Positions 49,345 to 59,276 of a stretch of 64,000 nucleotides of DNA are shown here, piece by piece. Origin of the DNA: Spirochaetia bacterium (GTDB taxonomy: Bacteria; Spirochaetota; Spirochaetia; SZUA-6; Bin103); assembly GCA_965208575.1 (NCBI GenBank), contig CBDBOV010000004.1, positions 640,001 to 704,000 on the forward strand, read 5' to 3'. Both the position numbers and the translations under genes were made by a program. Positions within the stretch are counted from its first letter, which is position 1, and the number at the start of each line of letters is the position of its first letter. The notes under the pieces were generated by a model, which was not told the DNA's origin, did no database searches, and saw nothing but the letters and a program-made list of their open reading frames with translations.

Positions 49345-51729
49345 GTGAGACCAGCACTTCCGCTTCGATACATGAAGGTCGTCGACCTCGCCGGTGGCGC
49401 GGCCGCGTCCATCGGCCGAGACCTCGCGGCATTGGGCGCGCGGGTGGTGCGCGTTGAACCACGTGGCGGCCACCACGACCGGACGGCGGCGCCAGTCGTT
49501 GCCGGACTGAGCGTAGACTTCGCGATCCGCAACCTGGGCAAGACCAATGTCGAGCTTGATCTTGGCGATCCGGAGGATCGGACCGCATTCCGGGCTTTGC
49601 TCGCCGAGGCGGATCTTCTCATCGAATCGACGCGCCCCGGGTCTGCCGAGGCCGCTCAATTGGACGCGGCCCGCCTCGCCGCGCAGCACCCGACGCTCGT
49701 CATCCTGTCCGTGAGCGACTTCGGGCAGACCGGTGCGTACGCCCGGTGGCAGGCGACGGCGCCGGTGCTTGATGCGCTCGGCGGCGGGCTGGCACGCTCG
49801 GGACTTCCCGGGCGCCCGCCGCTCCTGCCGCCCGGCAACCTTGCGATTGAATGCGCACTCGCTCAGGCGGCGTACGTCGCTGTGCTGGGCTACGTCAACC
49901 GTCTGAAGAGCGGCCACGGTGACCACATTGATTTCTCGCTGATGAAGGGGGCTAGCCAGACGCTCGATCCGGCATTCGGCATCTACGGAAGCGCGACATC
50001 CGGTGTCCCGCCGAGCGAAACGCCCCGCGGCCGTCCGGACGTCGGGTTCATGTATCCCATCGTGCCCTGCGCGGATGGTGCCGTGCGCATTTGCGTACTC
50101 GCGCCGCGCCAGTGGCGAGGCATGTTCCGATGGATGGGGAGCCCTCCCGAGTTTGCCGACCCCTCGTTCAATGACTTGGTTACGCGGTTCGACAATCCGG
50201 AGCTGATCCCGGCCATCGCACGTTTCTTTGCCGGCCACACGCGCGCCGACCTGGAGCGGCACGGCCAACGCGCCGGGGTGCCGATTGCTGCCGTGCTCGA
50301 CGTCGACGAGGTGTTGCGAAGCGACCAGGTCATCGCGCGCCGAGCCTTGGTGCCGGTCGAAATCTCCCCCGGACACTCGGTGCAGGTGCCCGATGGCATG
50401 ATCGAGATCGACGGGGCGCGTGCCGGCCGCCGTCCCGCGGATTCGGCTGCTCCGCCCGCAACGCCTGCTCCGCGTAAACCGGAAGTGCCGAGCTGGCCGT
50501 TTGCAGGCGCGCGCCCGCTGTCGGGGCTCCGCGTGCTCGATCTCGGCGTGATCGTGGTCGGCGCCGAACAGGCGCGCCTGCTGGCCGATCAAGGGGCTGA
50601 TGTCATCAAGATCGAGAACAGCGCCTTCCTGGACGGCACCAGGCGGAGCCGTGACGGCAGTCCCGTGTCGCTGCCATTCGCCGCCGGTCACCGCAACAAG
50701 CGCGGGCTGGGCCTCAATCTGCGTGACGAGAGAGGCAAGCGGCTGTTCCTGAAGCTGGTGGCGCAGAGCGACGTGGTCATGACCAATTTCAAGCCCGGCA
50801 CGATGGACTCGCTCGGGCTCGGCTACGAGGTACTGAGGGCGGTCAATCCCGGCATTATCGTTGCCGACAGCTCAGCCTTCGGGCCGGACGGGCCGTGGTC
50901 GAAGCGTCTTGGCTATGGGCCGCTGGTACGGGCATCCGCCGGCCTGACCAAGCAGTGGCGTCATCCAGGTGAAGTGGACGGCTTCGGCGATGCCTCGACC
51001 ATCTACCCCGATCATGTTGCCGGTCGGGTGGCCGCCCTCGGGGTTCTCGCCCTGCTGATCCGCAGGCTGTACACGGGTCGCGGCGGCACAGTCAGCACCT
51101 CGCAGGCCGAAATCATCCTCAGCCATCAAGCCACCGACATCGCGGCTCGTGCGCTGAGCGCCGCAGGCGCCGCGGGCGCGACGATCGCTGGACAGGTCGC
51201 CCACGACGCACCGTGGGGAGTGTTCCCGGCACTCGGCGATGACGAGTGGTGCGTGGTGACGGTGCGTTCCGATGAGGAGTGGCGAGCACTGTGCTCGACC
51301 ATGGGGCGGCCCGACCTCGGTGCCGAGCCCGAGCTTGCCACCAGGGCCGGGAGAGACCGGGCCCGGGCGCGCATCGACGCCCTGTTGATCGATTGGCTTG
51401 CCACCCGTACCCCGCATGAGGCGATGGAGAGGTTGCAGGCGGCCGGCGTCCCCGCGGCCGCCATGCTCCGCGTGCAGGACCTCCCCGATTTTCCCCTGTT
51501 CCAGGAGCAAGGATTCCACACCCTCGCCCGCCACCCGCTGTACCGCGAGCCGCTGCTGATGGAGACCGGCCCTGCCCGCTTCTCCCGCCTCGCCGAGCCG
51601 GCGCTGGAACCGGCTCCGGTGCTCGGTGAGCACACGCGGGATATCGCGCGCACGTTGTTGGACCTGTCGGAGACGGAGATCGAAGAGCTGATGGAATCGG
51701 GCGTGCTTGAAGAGGGAGGCAGACGATGA
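49345..51729 (+). CDS. CaiB/BaiF class III CoA-transferase, two-domain form
   Basis: LGARVVRVEP and PLSGLRVLDL...GADVIKIE, NKRGLGLNL, PDHVAG, APVLGEHT. Confidence 0.88.
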   Translation: MRPALPLRYMKVVDLAGGAAASIGRDLAALGARVVRVEPRGGHHDRTAAPVVAGLSVDFAIRNLGKTNVELDLGDPEDRTAFRALLAEADLLIESTRPGSAEAAQLDAARLAAQHPTLVILSVSDFGQTGAYARWQATAPVLDALGGGLARSGLPGRPPLLPPGNLAIECALAQAAYVAVLGYVNRLKSGHGDHIDFSLMKGASQTLDPAFGIYGSATSGVPPSETPRGRPDVGFMYPIVPCADGAVRICVLAPRQWRGMFRWMGSPPEFADPSFNDLVTRFDNPELIPAIARFFAGHTRADLERHGQRAGVPIAAVLDVDEVLRSDQVIARRALVPVEISPGHSVQVPDGMIEIDGARAGRRPADSAAPPATPAPRKPEVPSWPFAGARPLSGLRVLDLGVIVVGAEQARLLADQGADVIKIENSAFLDGTRRSRDGSPVSLPFAAGHRNKRGLGLNLRDERGKRLFLKLVAQSDVVMTNFKPGTMDSLGLGYEVLRAVNPGIIVADSSAFGPDGPWSKRLGYGPLVRASAGLTKQWRHPGEVDGFGDASTIYPDHVAGRVAALGVLALLIRRLYTGRGGTVSTSQAEIILSHQATDIAARALSAAGAAGATIAGQVAHDAPWGVFPALGDDEWCVVTVRSDEEWRALCSTMGRPDLGAEPELATRAGRDRARARIDALLIDWLATRTPHEAMERLQAAGVPAAAMLRVQDLPDFPLFQEQGFHTLARHPLYREPLLMETGPARFSRLAEPALEPAPVLGEHTRDIARTLLDLSETEIEELMESGVLEEGGRR

Positions 51730-51733
51730 CGTC

Positions 51734-51769
51734 CACGACTCGGCCGATCGCGACTCGGCCGATCACGAC
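51734..51769. repeat. 15-bp tandem repeat, about 2.4 copies
   Basis: CACGACTCGGCCGAT CGCGACTCGGCCGAT CACGAC. Confidence 0.6.
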
Positions 51770-51811
51770 CCTGGACGAGCCCGAGCAGGAGTTCCGCGAG
51801 GATTTGGCGTC

Positions 51812-52765
51812 TCAGCCGGGCTCGCGTACGCCGCGGCGGCGGGACGTGGCGGCTCCGTAGCGGCCGGCGGTGCCGCGCAGGCGGGGGTCGAGCAGGTCGC
51901 GGACCGCGTCGCCGAACATGTTGAGGCAGTATACGGTCACGGTGAGGCAGATGCCGGGCCACAGCGCCAGCCGCGGCGCGATCTCCATGTACTGGCGGCC
52001 CTCGCGGCTCAGCATGCCGCCCCAGCTCGGGATGTTGGCCGGCAGGCCGAAGCCGAGGAAGCTCAGCGACGCCTCCGAAATGATCACGTTGCCTACGTTG
52101 ATGCTGTAGACGATCAGGACGGGGGCGGCGATGTTGGGCAGCACGTGGCGCAGCAGCGTGCCGCCCGTGGAGGTGCCGATTGCCTGAGCGGCCTGGAAGT
52201 AGGCGTTTTCCTTGACCCCGATCACTGCGCCGCGCACGATGCGCGAGGCGGGAATGCCGCCGGCGACGCCGAGCACGACGATGATCTGCGTCACGCCGCG
52301 GCCGGCGATCGACATGATGGTGAGCAGCAGCAGCAGGCCGGGGAACGACATCCAGGCGTCGACCAGCCGTTGCGTGACGATGTCGAGCCGGCCGCCGAGG
52401 AAGCCGGTGGTGCCGCCGATCAACAGCGCGACGGCGACGTTGATGGTGGTGGCGGCCAGCCCGACCGTGATCGACAGGCGCGCGCCGATGATCAGGCGGC
52501 TCAGGAAGTCGCGGCCGGCGTGGTCGGTGCCGAGCAGGTGCTCCGCCGACGGGCCCTGCATGCGGTCCTGTACGCGGCCGCGGTCGAACTCGTAGGGCGC
52601 GAGCTGCTCCGCGAAGATGGTCACGAAAATCAGCCCCACGACTACCAGGCCGGCCGCGGCGCCGAGCCGGTGCTCCTTGAACAGACGCACGAGGAATTCG
52701 GCGGCGGGATGACGGCGTCTCGAAGTACGCACGCCGGCAGGCGCGCCCGCGGCGCTGCTACTCAT
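51812..52765 (-). CDS. DppC-like ABC permease
   Basis: Paralog of 46099-47082; HLLGTDHAGRD, EASLSFLGFG. Confidence 0.9.
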   Translation of the reverse strand: MSSSAAGAPAGVRTSRRRHPAAEFLVRLFKEHRLGAAAGLVVVGLIFVTIFAEQLAPYEFDRGRVQDRMQGPSAEHLLGTDHAGRDFLSRLIIGARLSITVGLAATTINVAVALLIGGTTGFLGGRLDIVTQRLVDAWMSFPGLLLLLTIMSIAGRGVTQIIVVLGVAGGIPASRIVRGAVIGVKENAYFQAAQAIGTSTGGTLLRHVLPNIAAPVLIVYSINVGNVIISEASLSFLGFGLPANIPSWGGMLSREGRQYMEIAPRLALWPGICLTVTVYCLNMFGDAVRDLLDPRLRGTAGRYGAATSRRRGVREPG

Positions 52766-53717
52766 AGCGAATCCTCGGGTCCAGGAACGCGTAGGTGAGG
52801 TCGGTCACCAGGTTGACCAGCACCACCACGGTGGCGAAGAACAGGTTCACGCCCGATATCACCGGATAGTCGCGCTCGTTGAGGGCGATCAACATCAGCC
52901 GGCCGAGCCCCGGCAGGTTGAAGATGTTCTCGATGATCACCGAGCCGCCGGCGATGATCGGGAGCTGCAGGCCGACCAGGGTGACCACCGGAATCAGGGC
53001 GTTCTTGACCGCGTGCCGCAGCACCACCCTGCGCTCCCTCAGGCCCTTGGCCCACGCGGTGCGCACGTAGTCCTGGCGCAGCACCTCCAGCATCATGGTG
53101 CGGGTCATGCGCATGGTGCTCGCCGCCAGGTAGGTTCCCAGGATCAGGGAGGGAATGATGAACATGCGCAGGTTCTCCCACGGCTCGGCGGTGAAGCGCA
53201 CGTGCGTCATCGGCGGCGTCCAGCCCCACCAGATGGCGGGATAGATCATCACCATCAGTCCGATCCAGAAGTTGGGGGTGGCCAGGCCGAGGATGGCGAA
53301 CGACCGGCCGACGTAATCGGCCGCCGTGTACTGGCGAATCGCGGAGTAGATGCCGACCGGCAGAGCGATGAGGAGGCCGGCGATTACCGCGACCAGCCCC
53401 AGCTCGACGGTGATTCCCGGCCTGCCGGCGAGCCGCTCCTCCACCCGGAAACCGCCGTACAGCGACTCGCCGAGCGTGCCGTGCAGCAGAATGTCGCTGA
53501 CCCAGCGCGCATACTGGACGTACACCGGCCGGTCCAAACCCAGCCGCTCGCGCAGCAACTCGCGATTGATCTCGCCGCTGCCGACGTACTCCATGCGCGC
53601 GCTCATCACGTCGATGATGTCGCCGGGGATGAAGCGCACCGACAGGAACACGAGCGCGCTGACCAGGAACAGGGTCGGGATCACCAGCAGCACCCGCCGG
53701 ATCACGTAGGCGCGCAT
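52758..53717 (-). CDS. DppB-like ABC permease
   Basis: Paralog of 45133-46089; EVLRQDYVRTAWAKG. Confidence 0.9.
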   Translation of the reverse strand: MRAYVIRRVLLVIPTLFLVSALVFLSVRFIPGDIIDVMSARMEYVGSGEINRELLRERLGLDRPVYVQYARWVSDILLHGTLGESLYGGFRVEERLAGRPGITVELGLVAVIAGLLIALPVGIYSAIRQYTAADYVGRSFAILGLATPNFWIGLMVMIYPAIWWGWTPPMTHVRFTAEPWENLRMFIIPSLILGTYLAASTMRMTRTMMLEVLRQDYVRTAWAKGLRERRVVLRHAVKNALIPVVTLVGLQLPIIAGGSVIIENIFNLPGLGRLMLIALNERDYPVISGVNLFFATVVVLVNLVTDLTYAFLDPRIRYE

Positions 53718-53794
53718 TTCGACTTACCTCCGCTCAGCGGCACTATCCCCTGTTTGTCAGGTGGCCCCGCTGCAACCGTGGACGCAAACCACAA

Positions 53795-53826
53795 CGGGGT
53801 GGCAGGTGCCATCACCCGCCACCCCG
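53795..53826 (-). terminator. Hairpin between SBP and permease
   Basis: CGGGGTGGCAGGTG-CCAT-CACCCGCCACCCCG. Confidence 0.55.
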
Positions 53827-53856
53827 CGCGTATGGTTCGTAACCAGTTCCTCCTGG

Positions 53857-55671
53857 TCAGTATCCCATTTCCGCCTTCAGGTCCAGGTCGAGCCAGAGTC
53901 GGACGAGCGTCAGGTGGTTGTCCATGTCCTGGAGGAATGTCTCGCCGTTCCAGCCCTTGAGCCACGGCTGAGCCACCGAGAAGCCGGGCGCCTTGACGCC
54001 GTAGATCTGGAAGTGGTGCCTGATGTAGTGCGCGTCGAACTCGCGCGCGATTCGGATCCTGTCCTCTTCCCTGGTGGCGCTGTTGAACTCGTTGTAGAGC
54101 CGCGTCATGGTCTCGTCGCAAAGCCCGCCCAGGTACTCGACCTCCTGTCTGAGCTCCTGATCTCCCTCCGCGATCCCGCGGTAGAATCCCATGAGTTGCA
54201 CCGGGGCGAGATCCCAGCCCGAGTCACCGGTGGTCATCTCGTAGCTCTTGTCCTTGCGCCGGCTGACCCAGGTGGTGGTGTCCATGATGTTGATCTCCAC
54301 CTCGATGCCGACCTCCTTCCAGTAGCCGGCCGCGATCTCGGCGAAGCCGAGGTCGATCACGTCACGGTGGTCGTAGGCTACCCGCAGGCGCACGCCGTCG
54401 GCGTCCGCAGGGTAGCCGGCCTCGTCGAGCAGCCGCATGGCCTCCTCGGGGTTGTACCGGTAGGTGGCCTGCACCTCCTCGGGCCAATCGTCGAACGGTA
54501 CGTGGTAGCCGGCGACCGCGTTGCCGAAATGGCCCTGCGGTTTCCACAGCGCGTAGCCGCCGTAGTAGCTGTCGTTGATCGCCTGGCGGTCGATCGACAT
54601 CTGCAGCGCCTGGCGTACGCGGATGTCGTCGAACGGCGCCCGCCGTTGGTTCACGCCGAATACCTGCAACGCCCGGATGAAGTAGGGACCGACCTGGATG
54701 TCGGGGTTGGTGCGCAACAGCGCCTCGACCTGCTCGGCAGTCTTGATCTCGGTGGCGCCGCCGGACGTGTGGATGATGTCGACCTGCCCGGTGCGCATGG
54801 CAGCGATGCGGGTAGCCTCCTCCTCCATGAACAGGCCCCTGAGTTCATCCGCGTACGGAAGCTGGTTGTCGGGAAATTTCTCGTCATGACCCCAGTAGTT
54901 GGGGTTGCGGGTCCGGGTTATCGAGGTGCCCTCGACGTAGTCGGTCAGCATGTAGGGTCCGGTGCCGACCACGTTTTTCCAGTTCGAGTAGTCGCCGTTC
55001 TGCTCGATCACCTCGGGCGGAAGGATCCACTGAATCACCTCGGCCAGGTAGACGCGCAACGACCCGAGGCGCGGCTCGGCCAGCTTGAGCACGACCGTGT
55101 ACTTGTCGGTCGCCTCGATCGACTCCCACGGCAGTCCGATCATTTCGTAGGTGCGCTCGGGTACGAAGTCGGTCAGTCCGGCCCGGCGCCGAAACGTGTA
55201 CACCACGTCGTCCGCGGTGAGCTCGCGTCCGTTCAACGGTTCCTTGTCTTGCCAGTGCACGCCTTGCCGTATGTTGAGGACGGTGGTGAGGTCATCCGGC
55301 TGTTCCCAGCTCTCGGCCAGGCCGCCGACGAATCCCGACGTAGGTACGTACCACCCGGTCAGGCTCATCTGGTCGCGGGGCGCGGCCCAGTCGCCGAGCG
55401 CGAGCTTCTCGTTGACCGCCGAGATGAGCCAGCCGGCGTAGTGTCCACGCAGGTCCGGGTCGGTGTTCGCCGCCACCAGCTTGTACGGGTAGGTCAGCGT
55501 ACCGCCGTACTCGGGCGCGGTCAGCATCTTGCCGGTGGTCGGGTCGGTAATCATCGGCTTGTCCACAGCCTCGGCCGCGGCCTCGCCCTCGCCTGCCGCC
55601 CACGCGCCGGATGCGGCCAGGGCGAAAGCGAGCACGAACCCCAGGGTAGGGGCGATTCTCGGAATGTTCAT
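53857..55671 (-). CDS. Family 5 substrate-binding protein (same subfamily as the tandem pair)
   Basis: DPTTGKMLTAPEYGG, VGTGPY, DEKFPDNQLPYAD, PFDDIRVRQAL; GAAGGAG RBS. Confidence 0.9.
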   Translation of the reverse strand: MNIPRIAPTLGFVLAFALAASGAWAAGEGEAAAEAVDKPMITDPTTGKMLTAPEYGGTLTYPYKLVAANTDPDLRGHYAGWLISAVNEKLALGDWAAPRDQMSLTGWYVPTSGFVGGLAESWEQPDDLTTVLNIRQGVHWQDKEPLNGRELTADDVVYTFRRRAGLTDFVPERTYEMIGLPWESIEATDKYTVVLKLAEPRLGSLRVYLAEVIQWILPPEVIEQNGDYSNWKNVVGTGPYMLTDYVEGTSITRTRNPNYWGHDEKFPDNQLPYADELRGLFMEEEATRIAAMRTGQVDIIHTSGGATEIKTAEQVEALLRTNPDIQVGPYFIRALQVFGVNQRRAPFDDIRVRQALQMSIDRQAINDSYYGGYALWKPQGHFGNAVAGYHVPFDDWPEEVQATYRYNPEEAMRLLDEAGYPADADGVRLRVAYDHRDVIDLGFAEIAAGYWKEVGIEVEINIMDTTTWVSRRKDKSYEMTTGDSGWDLAPVQLMGFYRGIAEGDQELRQEVEYLGGLCDETMTRLYNEFNSATREEDRIRIAREFDAHYIRHHFQIYGVKAPGFSVAQPWLKGWNGETFLQDMDNHLTLVRLWLDLDLKAEMGY

Positions 55672-56266
55672 GTGGATCTCCTTCAACGTTGGAACACCGC
55701 ATGCACGCACCAACCTGTCAACTCGCGGGCCATGGCGCAGGCTGGGCCGGCTGGAACCCGCTCAACGTGATAGCGAGCCGGCGTCAGCCGTCCGCCACCT
55801 CGAACGCCGTCACGTTGCGCGACCAGGCCGAAGACGAAGACGTGCTGGTCCACTCCCCGGCCAACGGCAGTGGCCGTGGGCGCAGGGACGGATCACCGCC
55901 GGCCACCTCCCCGACCTGCGCCGCCACCCGGCAGTCGGCAAGTATCTGTTCACCTTCCACGGCGCCACCCGCCGCGGCCGCCGCGAGCGCGCCCGCCACG
56001 GCGAGGCCAGCATCGCCATCGCCTGGAGCGACGACCTGATGCGCTGGTTCTGGCCGGGCCATCTCGGCCCGACGTGACTTGGCGCGGCAAGCCCGCTTTC
56101 CCGCTTGCTGCCGCCGAGTCGCATCGCATCGCCACCATCGCCCCGCCACCCCACGCCACGCCAACGCCACCAACGCCATTCGACAGCACTCCGCCGGCTC
56201 CGGCGGCCCTCGCGTGTTGTGATCTGATTCAACACTGGCGTATGGTGAGCCTGGAGGATAGCTGAC

Positions 56267-56812
56267 ATGTCCCTGATCGAGCATCTGGAAACTGACAGGT
56301 GGGAAGAGTTCTTTCGAGGTGTTTTCGAGTACACACTCGAAGTCATGAAGCACGACCGCTTCCGTTCGGTCGGCAGTGCCGCGGACGATCTAAGAGGCTG
56401 GCTTGCCAGGGGCGGGGTCGCCAGGGTCCGGGAGCGTCTCGACGACCAGATGGAAATGCGCCGGTTCAGCGCCTCCCAAGAGGTTGCCGTCCGCGACTAC
56501 CTTGAGCAATTGGTTCGAGAGAATCGTCGGGCGCTGCTGGACCTGACCGCCACCGGTGTCATCCCTGGGAGCGGGCAGGTGCAAACGGAAGCGCTCGGCG
56601 TGTCGGAGACCGACGTTCAGGATCTGCTCGACCGGATGCTCGCAGGTGAACGACCCTTCGAGGACTGGATGCATGCTCACGGACATTCCGATGAGGAGAT
56701 TTCCGAAATCTACCAGCTGATCGACGACTGGTTGCTGCAGAAGGGAATCATCCCCGCACGCCCGCCTGACTGGCGGGAGCTGCGCAACGAGCAAGGGATC
56801 GACTCCCCATGA
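56267..56812 (+). CDS. Hypothetical acidic helical protein
   Basis: 181-aa ORF with GGAGG RBS and protein-like composition; no motif recognised. Confidence 0.7.
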   Translation: MSLIEHLETDRWEEFFRGVFEYTLEVMKHDRFRSVGSAADDLRGWLARGGVARVRERLDDQMEMRRFSASQEVAVRDYLEQLVRENRRALLDLTATGVIPGSGQVQTEALGVSETDVQDLLDRMLAGERPFEDWMHAHGHSDEEISEIYQLIDDWLLQKGIIPARPPDWRELRNEQGIDSP

Positions 56813-56821
56813 TTGCGCCAA

Positions 56822-57120
56822 TCAGCTTGCGGAAGTGCGGGGCAGCACGTCGACCAGCTCGGCCACGACGGTCAACTCGCCATCATCCGCGCCGGAGATC
56901 ACGATGGGATAGAACTCGGGGTTGACCGCTCGATCGTTACATGGCGCCAGGAGTCTCCGGCCGCGACTCGTTCGCTCTCGTAGCGCTTTAGGTTTGGGGT
57001 GTAGCGTGCTCCCGTCTCGGGGTCGACCGTGCCGCGAAGCTGAACCAGCACAGTCCTGCCCTGCCTGCTTCCCTCCACCGGCGAGCGGAACAGGGCATAC
57101 GCACCAGTTGAGAGCTCTCT
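56822..57120 (-). pseudogene. Frameshifted S24-peptidase-like C-terminal domain fragment
   Basis: GAYALFRSPVEGSRQGRTVLVQ...DPETG...KRYESE and VNPEFYPIVI...VAELVDVL in different frames. Confidence 0.5.
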
Positions 57121-57245
57121 GGACCGTTCGCGGTCCGTTCGAACGGACATCGACGCTCCGCCGGTATTGCGTTGCGCGCCCAAGGGCGGGGTGAGGGAGT
57201 ACCGGTTGCGGGGTCCGGGTTCGTTCGGCTTCCGGTGGCGGGAAA

Positions 57246-57398
57246 CCGCTGACCCTTGGGCCGAAGGCCGATGCCCTCCAGACAGGGACGCGGCACCAGG
57301 CAATCAGTCGCACCCGTATCGACCAGGAACAGTGCCTCCCAGGCTCTATCCGGCTCCGCCGGGTTGCCAATGGTAACGGTGACGTGCGTTGCTCCCAT
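57246..57398 (-). pseudogene. Clan AA aspartic protease 5' fragment
   Basis: MGATHVTVTI...FLVDTGATD; AGGAGG RBS; homology stops after KGQR. Confidence 0.65.
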
Positions 57399-57418
57399 CT
57401 CTCTCCTCCTGGTTGTCT

Positions 57419-57756
57419 TTACGTGAACCGGTGCACGGTGAGCGCGGCGACGCGGTCGAAGTGGCGGGCGTCCCCGGTGACGATTGCGTCGCCCCGGGAC
57501 AGCGCGGTCGCCGCAATCAGCAGATCCGATGTCGGGATCCGCTGGCCCGCCGCGCTCAGTTGCGCATCGATCCGGCCCGCCACGCGCGCTACCGTGAGGG
57601 TAACGGGGAGCACCGGAATCGCCGCCAGCAGCGCCTCGATGAATTCCTCTCGCCTTGCTCGCCGCGACGGGCGGTCGGCGCGCCGGCAACCGTGGAACAG
57701 CTCCGCGGCGCTCATCACCGACACCCACAGTTCGGCATCACCCCAACGCTCCATGA
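57419..57756 (-). pseudogene. vapC: 5'-truncated duplicate of vapC at 58489-58905
   Basis: Collinear 338-bp diverged direct repeat of 58489-58826; lacks N-terminal LIDS. Confidence 0.8.
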
Positions 57757-57759
57757 CCC

Positions 57760-57798
57760 TTGATACGACTTGAAACATGGTTTACTTTCGAACCATGT
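57760..57798 (+). promoter_or_regulatory. TA promoter with operator inverted repeat
   Basis: TTGATA 57760, 17 bp, TACTTT 57783; ACATGGTT-N8-AACCATGT (57775-57798) overlapping -10 and ATG. Confidence 0.7.
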
Positions 57799-58058
57799 CT
57801 GACAGGGTCCTGAACATACATGAGGCCAAGACGCATCTGTCCGAGCATCTCGCGGCCCTCGGCGAGCGCGACCGCATCAATCTGTGTCGACGCAACCGGC
57901 CGATTGCCGAGATTCGTCCCCTGCCAGCCCCGCGCTCGACGCCCCGCCCGGTAGGCCTCGGCAAGGGGCTCGCATCCATTCCGGAGAGCTTCTTTGCGCC
58001 GCTGCCGGATGAGTTGCTCGACCTGTTTGACGGCGGTGCCCAACCGGACGACCGTTGA
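57795..58058 (+). CDS. Phd-like antitoxin
   Basis: LNIHEAKTHLS, RRNRPIAEIRP, FFAPLPDELL. Confidence 0.85.
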   Translation: MSDRVLNIHEAKTHLSEHLAALGERDRINLCRRNRPIAEIRPLPAPRSTPRPVGLGKGLASIPESFFAPLPDELLDLFDGGAQPDDR

Positions 58059-58444
58059 TGCGCCTGCTCCTGGATACCTGTACGTTCCTCTGGTTGGTCG
58101 ATGACCATCCGAGTCTGAGCGCACGGGCGCGTGAGGCTATCGTCGATCCGGCCAACGACGTCCACTTGAGCGCCGCGTCGGCCTGGGAGATAGTCATCAA
58201 GCACGCGGCCGGGCGCCTGCAGTTGACCCTCCCGGTAGAAGACTACATTCCCCGCCAACGAGAGCTGCACGGTATCGAGCGGCTGCCTATTACCGAAGAT
58301 GCTACGCTGGTCTTGGCCAAGCTGCCCGCCCGCCATCGGGATCCTTTCGACCGCATCCTGGTTGCCCAGGCGATCATGGATGCCTGCTCTCCGGTTACGC
58401 CGGACCCGCTCATCAAGGGCTACCCGGTGCCGATCCTCTGGTAG
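58058..58444 (+). CDS. vapC: VapC PIN toxin
   Basis: LLLDTCTFLW, SAASAWEI, HRDPFDRILVAQA; TGATG overlap. Confidence 0.9.
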   Translation: MRLLLDTCTFLWLVDDHPSLSARAREAIVDPANDVHLSAASAWEIVIKHAAGRLQLTLPVEDYIPRQRELHGIERLPITEDATLVLAKLPARHRDPFDRILVAQAIMDACSPVTPDPLIKGYPVPILW

Positions 58445-58488
58445 AGTCAGGCTTGACGTTCATCGGCTGCAAGTTGCCGCGTCGACGC

Positions 58489-58905
58489 TTACGTGAACCG
58501 GTGCACCGTGAGCCCGGCGACGCGGTCGAAGTGTCGCGCGTCCCCGGTGACGATCGCGTCGCCGCGGGACAGCGCGGTCGCCGCAATGAGCAGGTCCGAT
58601 GTCGGAATCCTCTGTCCCGCCGCGCTCAGTTGCGCATCGATCCGGCCCACCACGCGCGCGACCGTGAGCGTGACGGGGAGCACCGGAATCGCCGCCAGCA
58701 GCGCCTCGATGAATTCCTCTCGTCTGGCTCGCCGCGACGGGTGGTCGGCGCGCCAGCAGCCGTGAAACAGCTCCGCCGCACTCATCACCGACACCCACAG
58801 TTCGGCATTGCCCCAGCGCTCCATGATCTCGGCGACGAGTTGCTCCGGCGTGCGGCGGTTGCGTTCGGCGTGGATGCACGCGGTGGAATCGATCAGGAAT
58901 CCCAA
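58489..58905 (-). CDS. vapC: VapC PIN toxin
   Basis: TTG start GFLIDST, SAAELFHG, DLLIAATAL, VTGDARHF. Confidence 0.85.
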   Translation of the reverse strand: MGFLIDSTACIHAERNRRTPEQLVAEIMERWGNAELWVSVMSAAELFHGCWRADHPSRRARREEFIEALLAAIPVLPVTLTVARVVGRIDAQLSAAGQRIPTSDLLIAATALSRGDAIVTGDARHFDRVAGLTVHRFT

Positions 58906-59207
58906 GCGGGAGGCTCCTCGACCGCCTCGCCGGCCAGGATGTCGCGCAGGTCGCCACCGAAACCACCGTCGAGCAACACCGGGGATCGATTGCGTAGATG
59001 TGCGATGCACTCCGAGGCACGGCGTGGTGCAACCGGAGGCGGTGCCATGACGCAGACGTCGTTGCCCCGGCGATGGACGACGAAGCGGCCACCCTGCAAT
59101 TCGATCCGGTCGAGCAGCTTCGAGAACGAGCGGCTCGCCTCGGTTGCAGAGATCCGTTGCTCGCGAGCAATTGCCGCCCGGGATTGGTAATCTGATTTAT
59201 CGCGCAC
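58893..59207 (-). CDS. Phd-like antitoxin
   Basis: RISATEASRSFSKLLDRI, FVVHRRG, ends PPAWDS overlapping vapC. Confidence 0.8.
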   Translation of the reverse strand: MRDKSDYQSRAAIAREQRISATEASRSFSKLLDRIELQGGRFVVHRRGNDVCVMAPPPVAPRRASECIAHLRNRSPVLLDGGFGGDLRDILAGEAVEEPPAWDS

Positions 59208-59214
59208 AGATCTG

Positions 59215-59244
59215 ATACTATCGCACCGTCACGGCGCGCGTCAA
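59215..59244 (-). promoter_or_regulatory. sigma70 promoter of TA operon (likely leaderless)
   Basis: Minus strand TTGACG-18bp-TAGTAT-7nt-GTG; ATCAGAT direct repeats around the start. Confidence 0.65.
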
Positions 59245-59276
59245 ATCGGGCTGATGCGCTCACCGGGTTGCTGTGG

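Noticed and set aside
55860-56185. Hydrolase-like fragment (WAQGRITAG...IAWSDDLMRW) followed by a hairpin and CGCCA low-complexity tract
   Set aside because: No start codon context or assignable family; tract is irregular, not an array.
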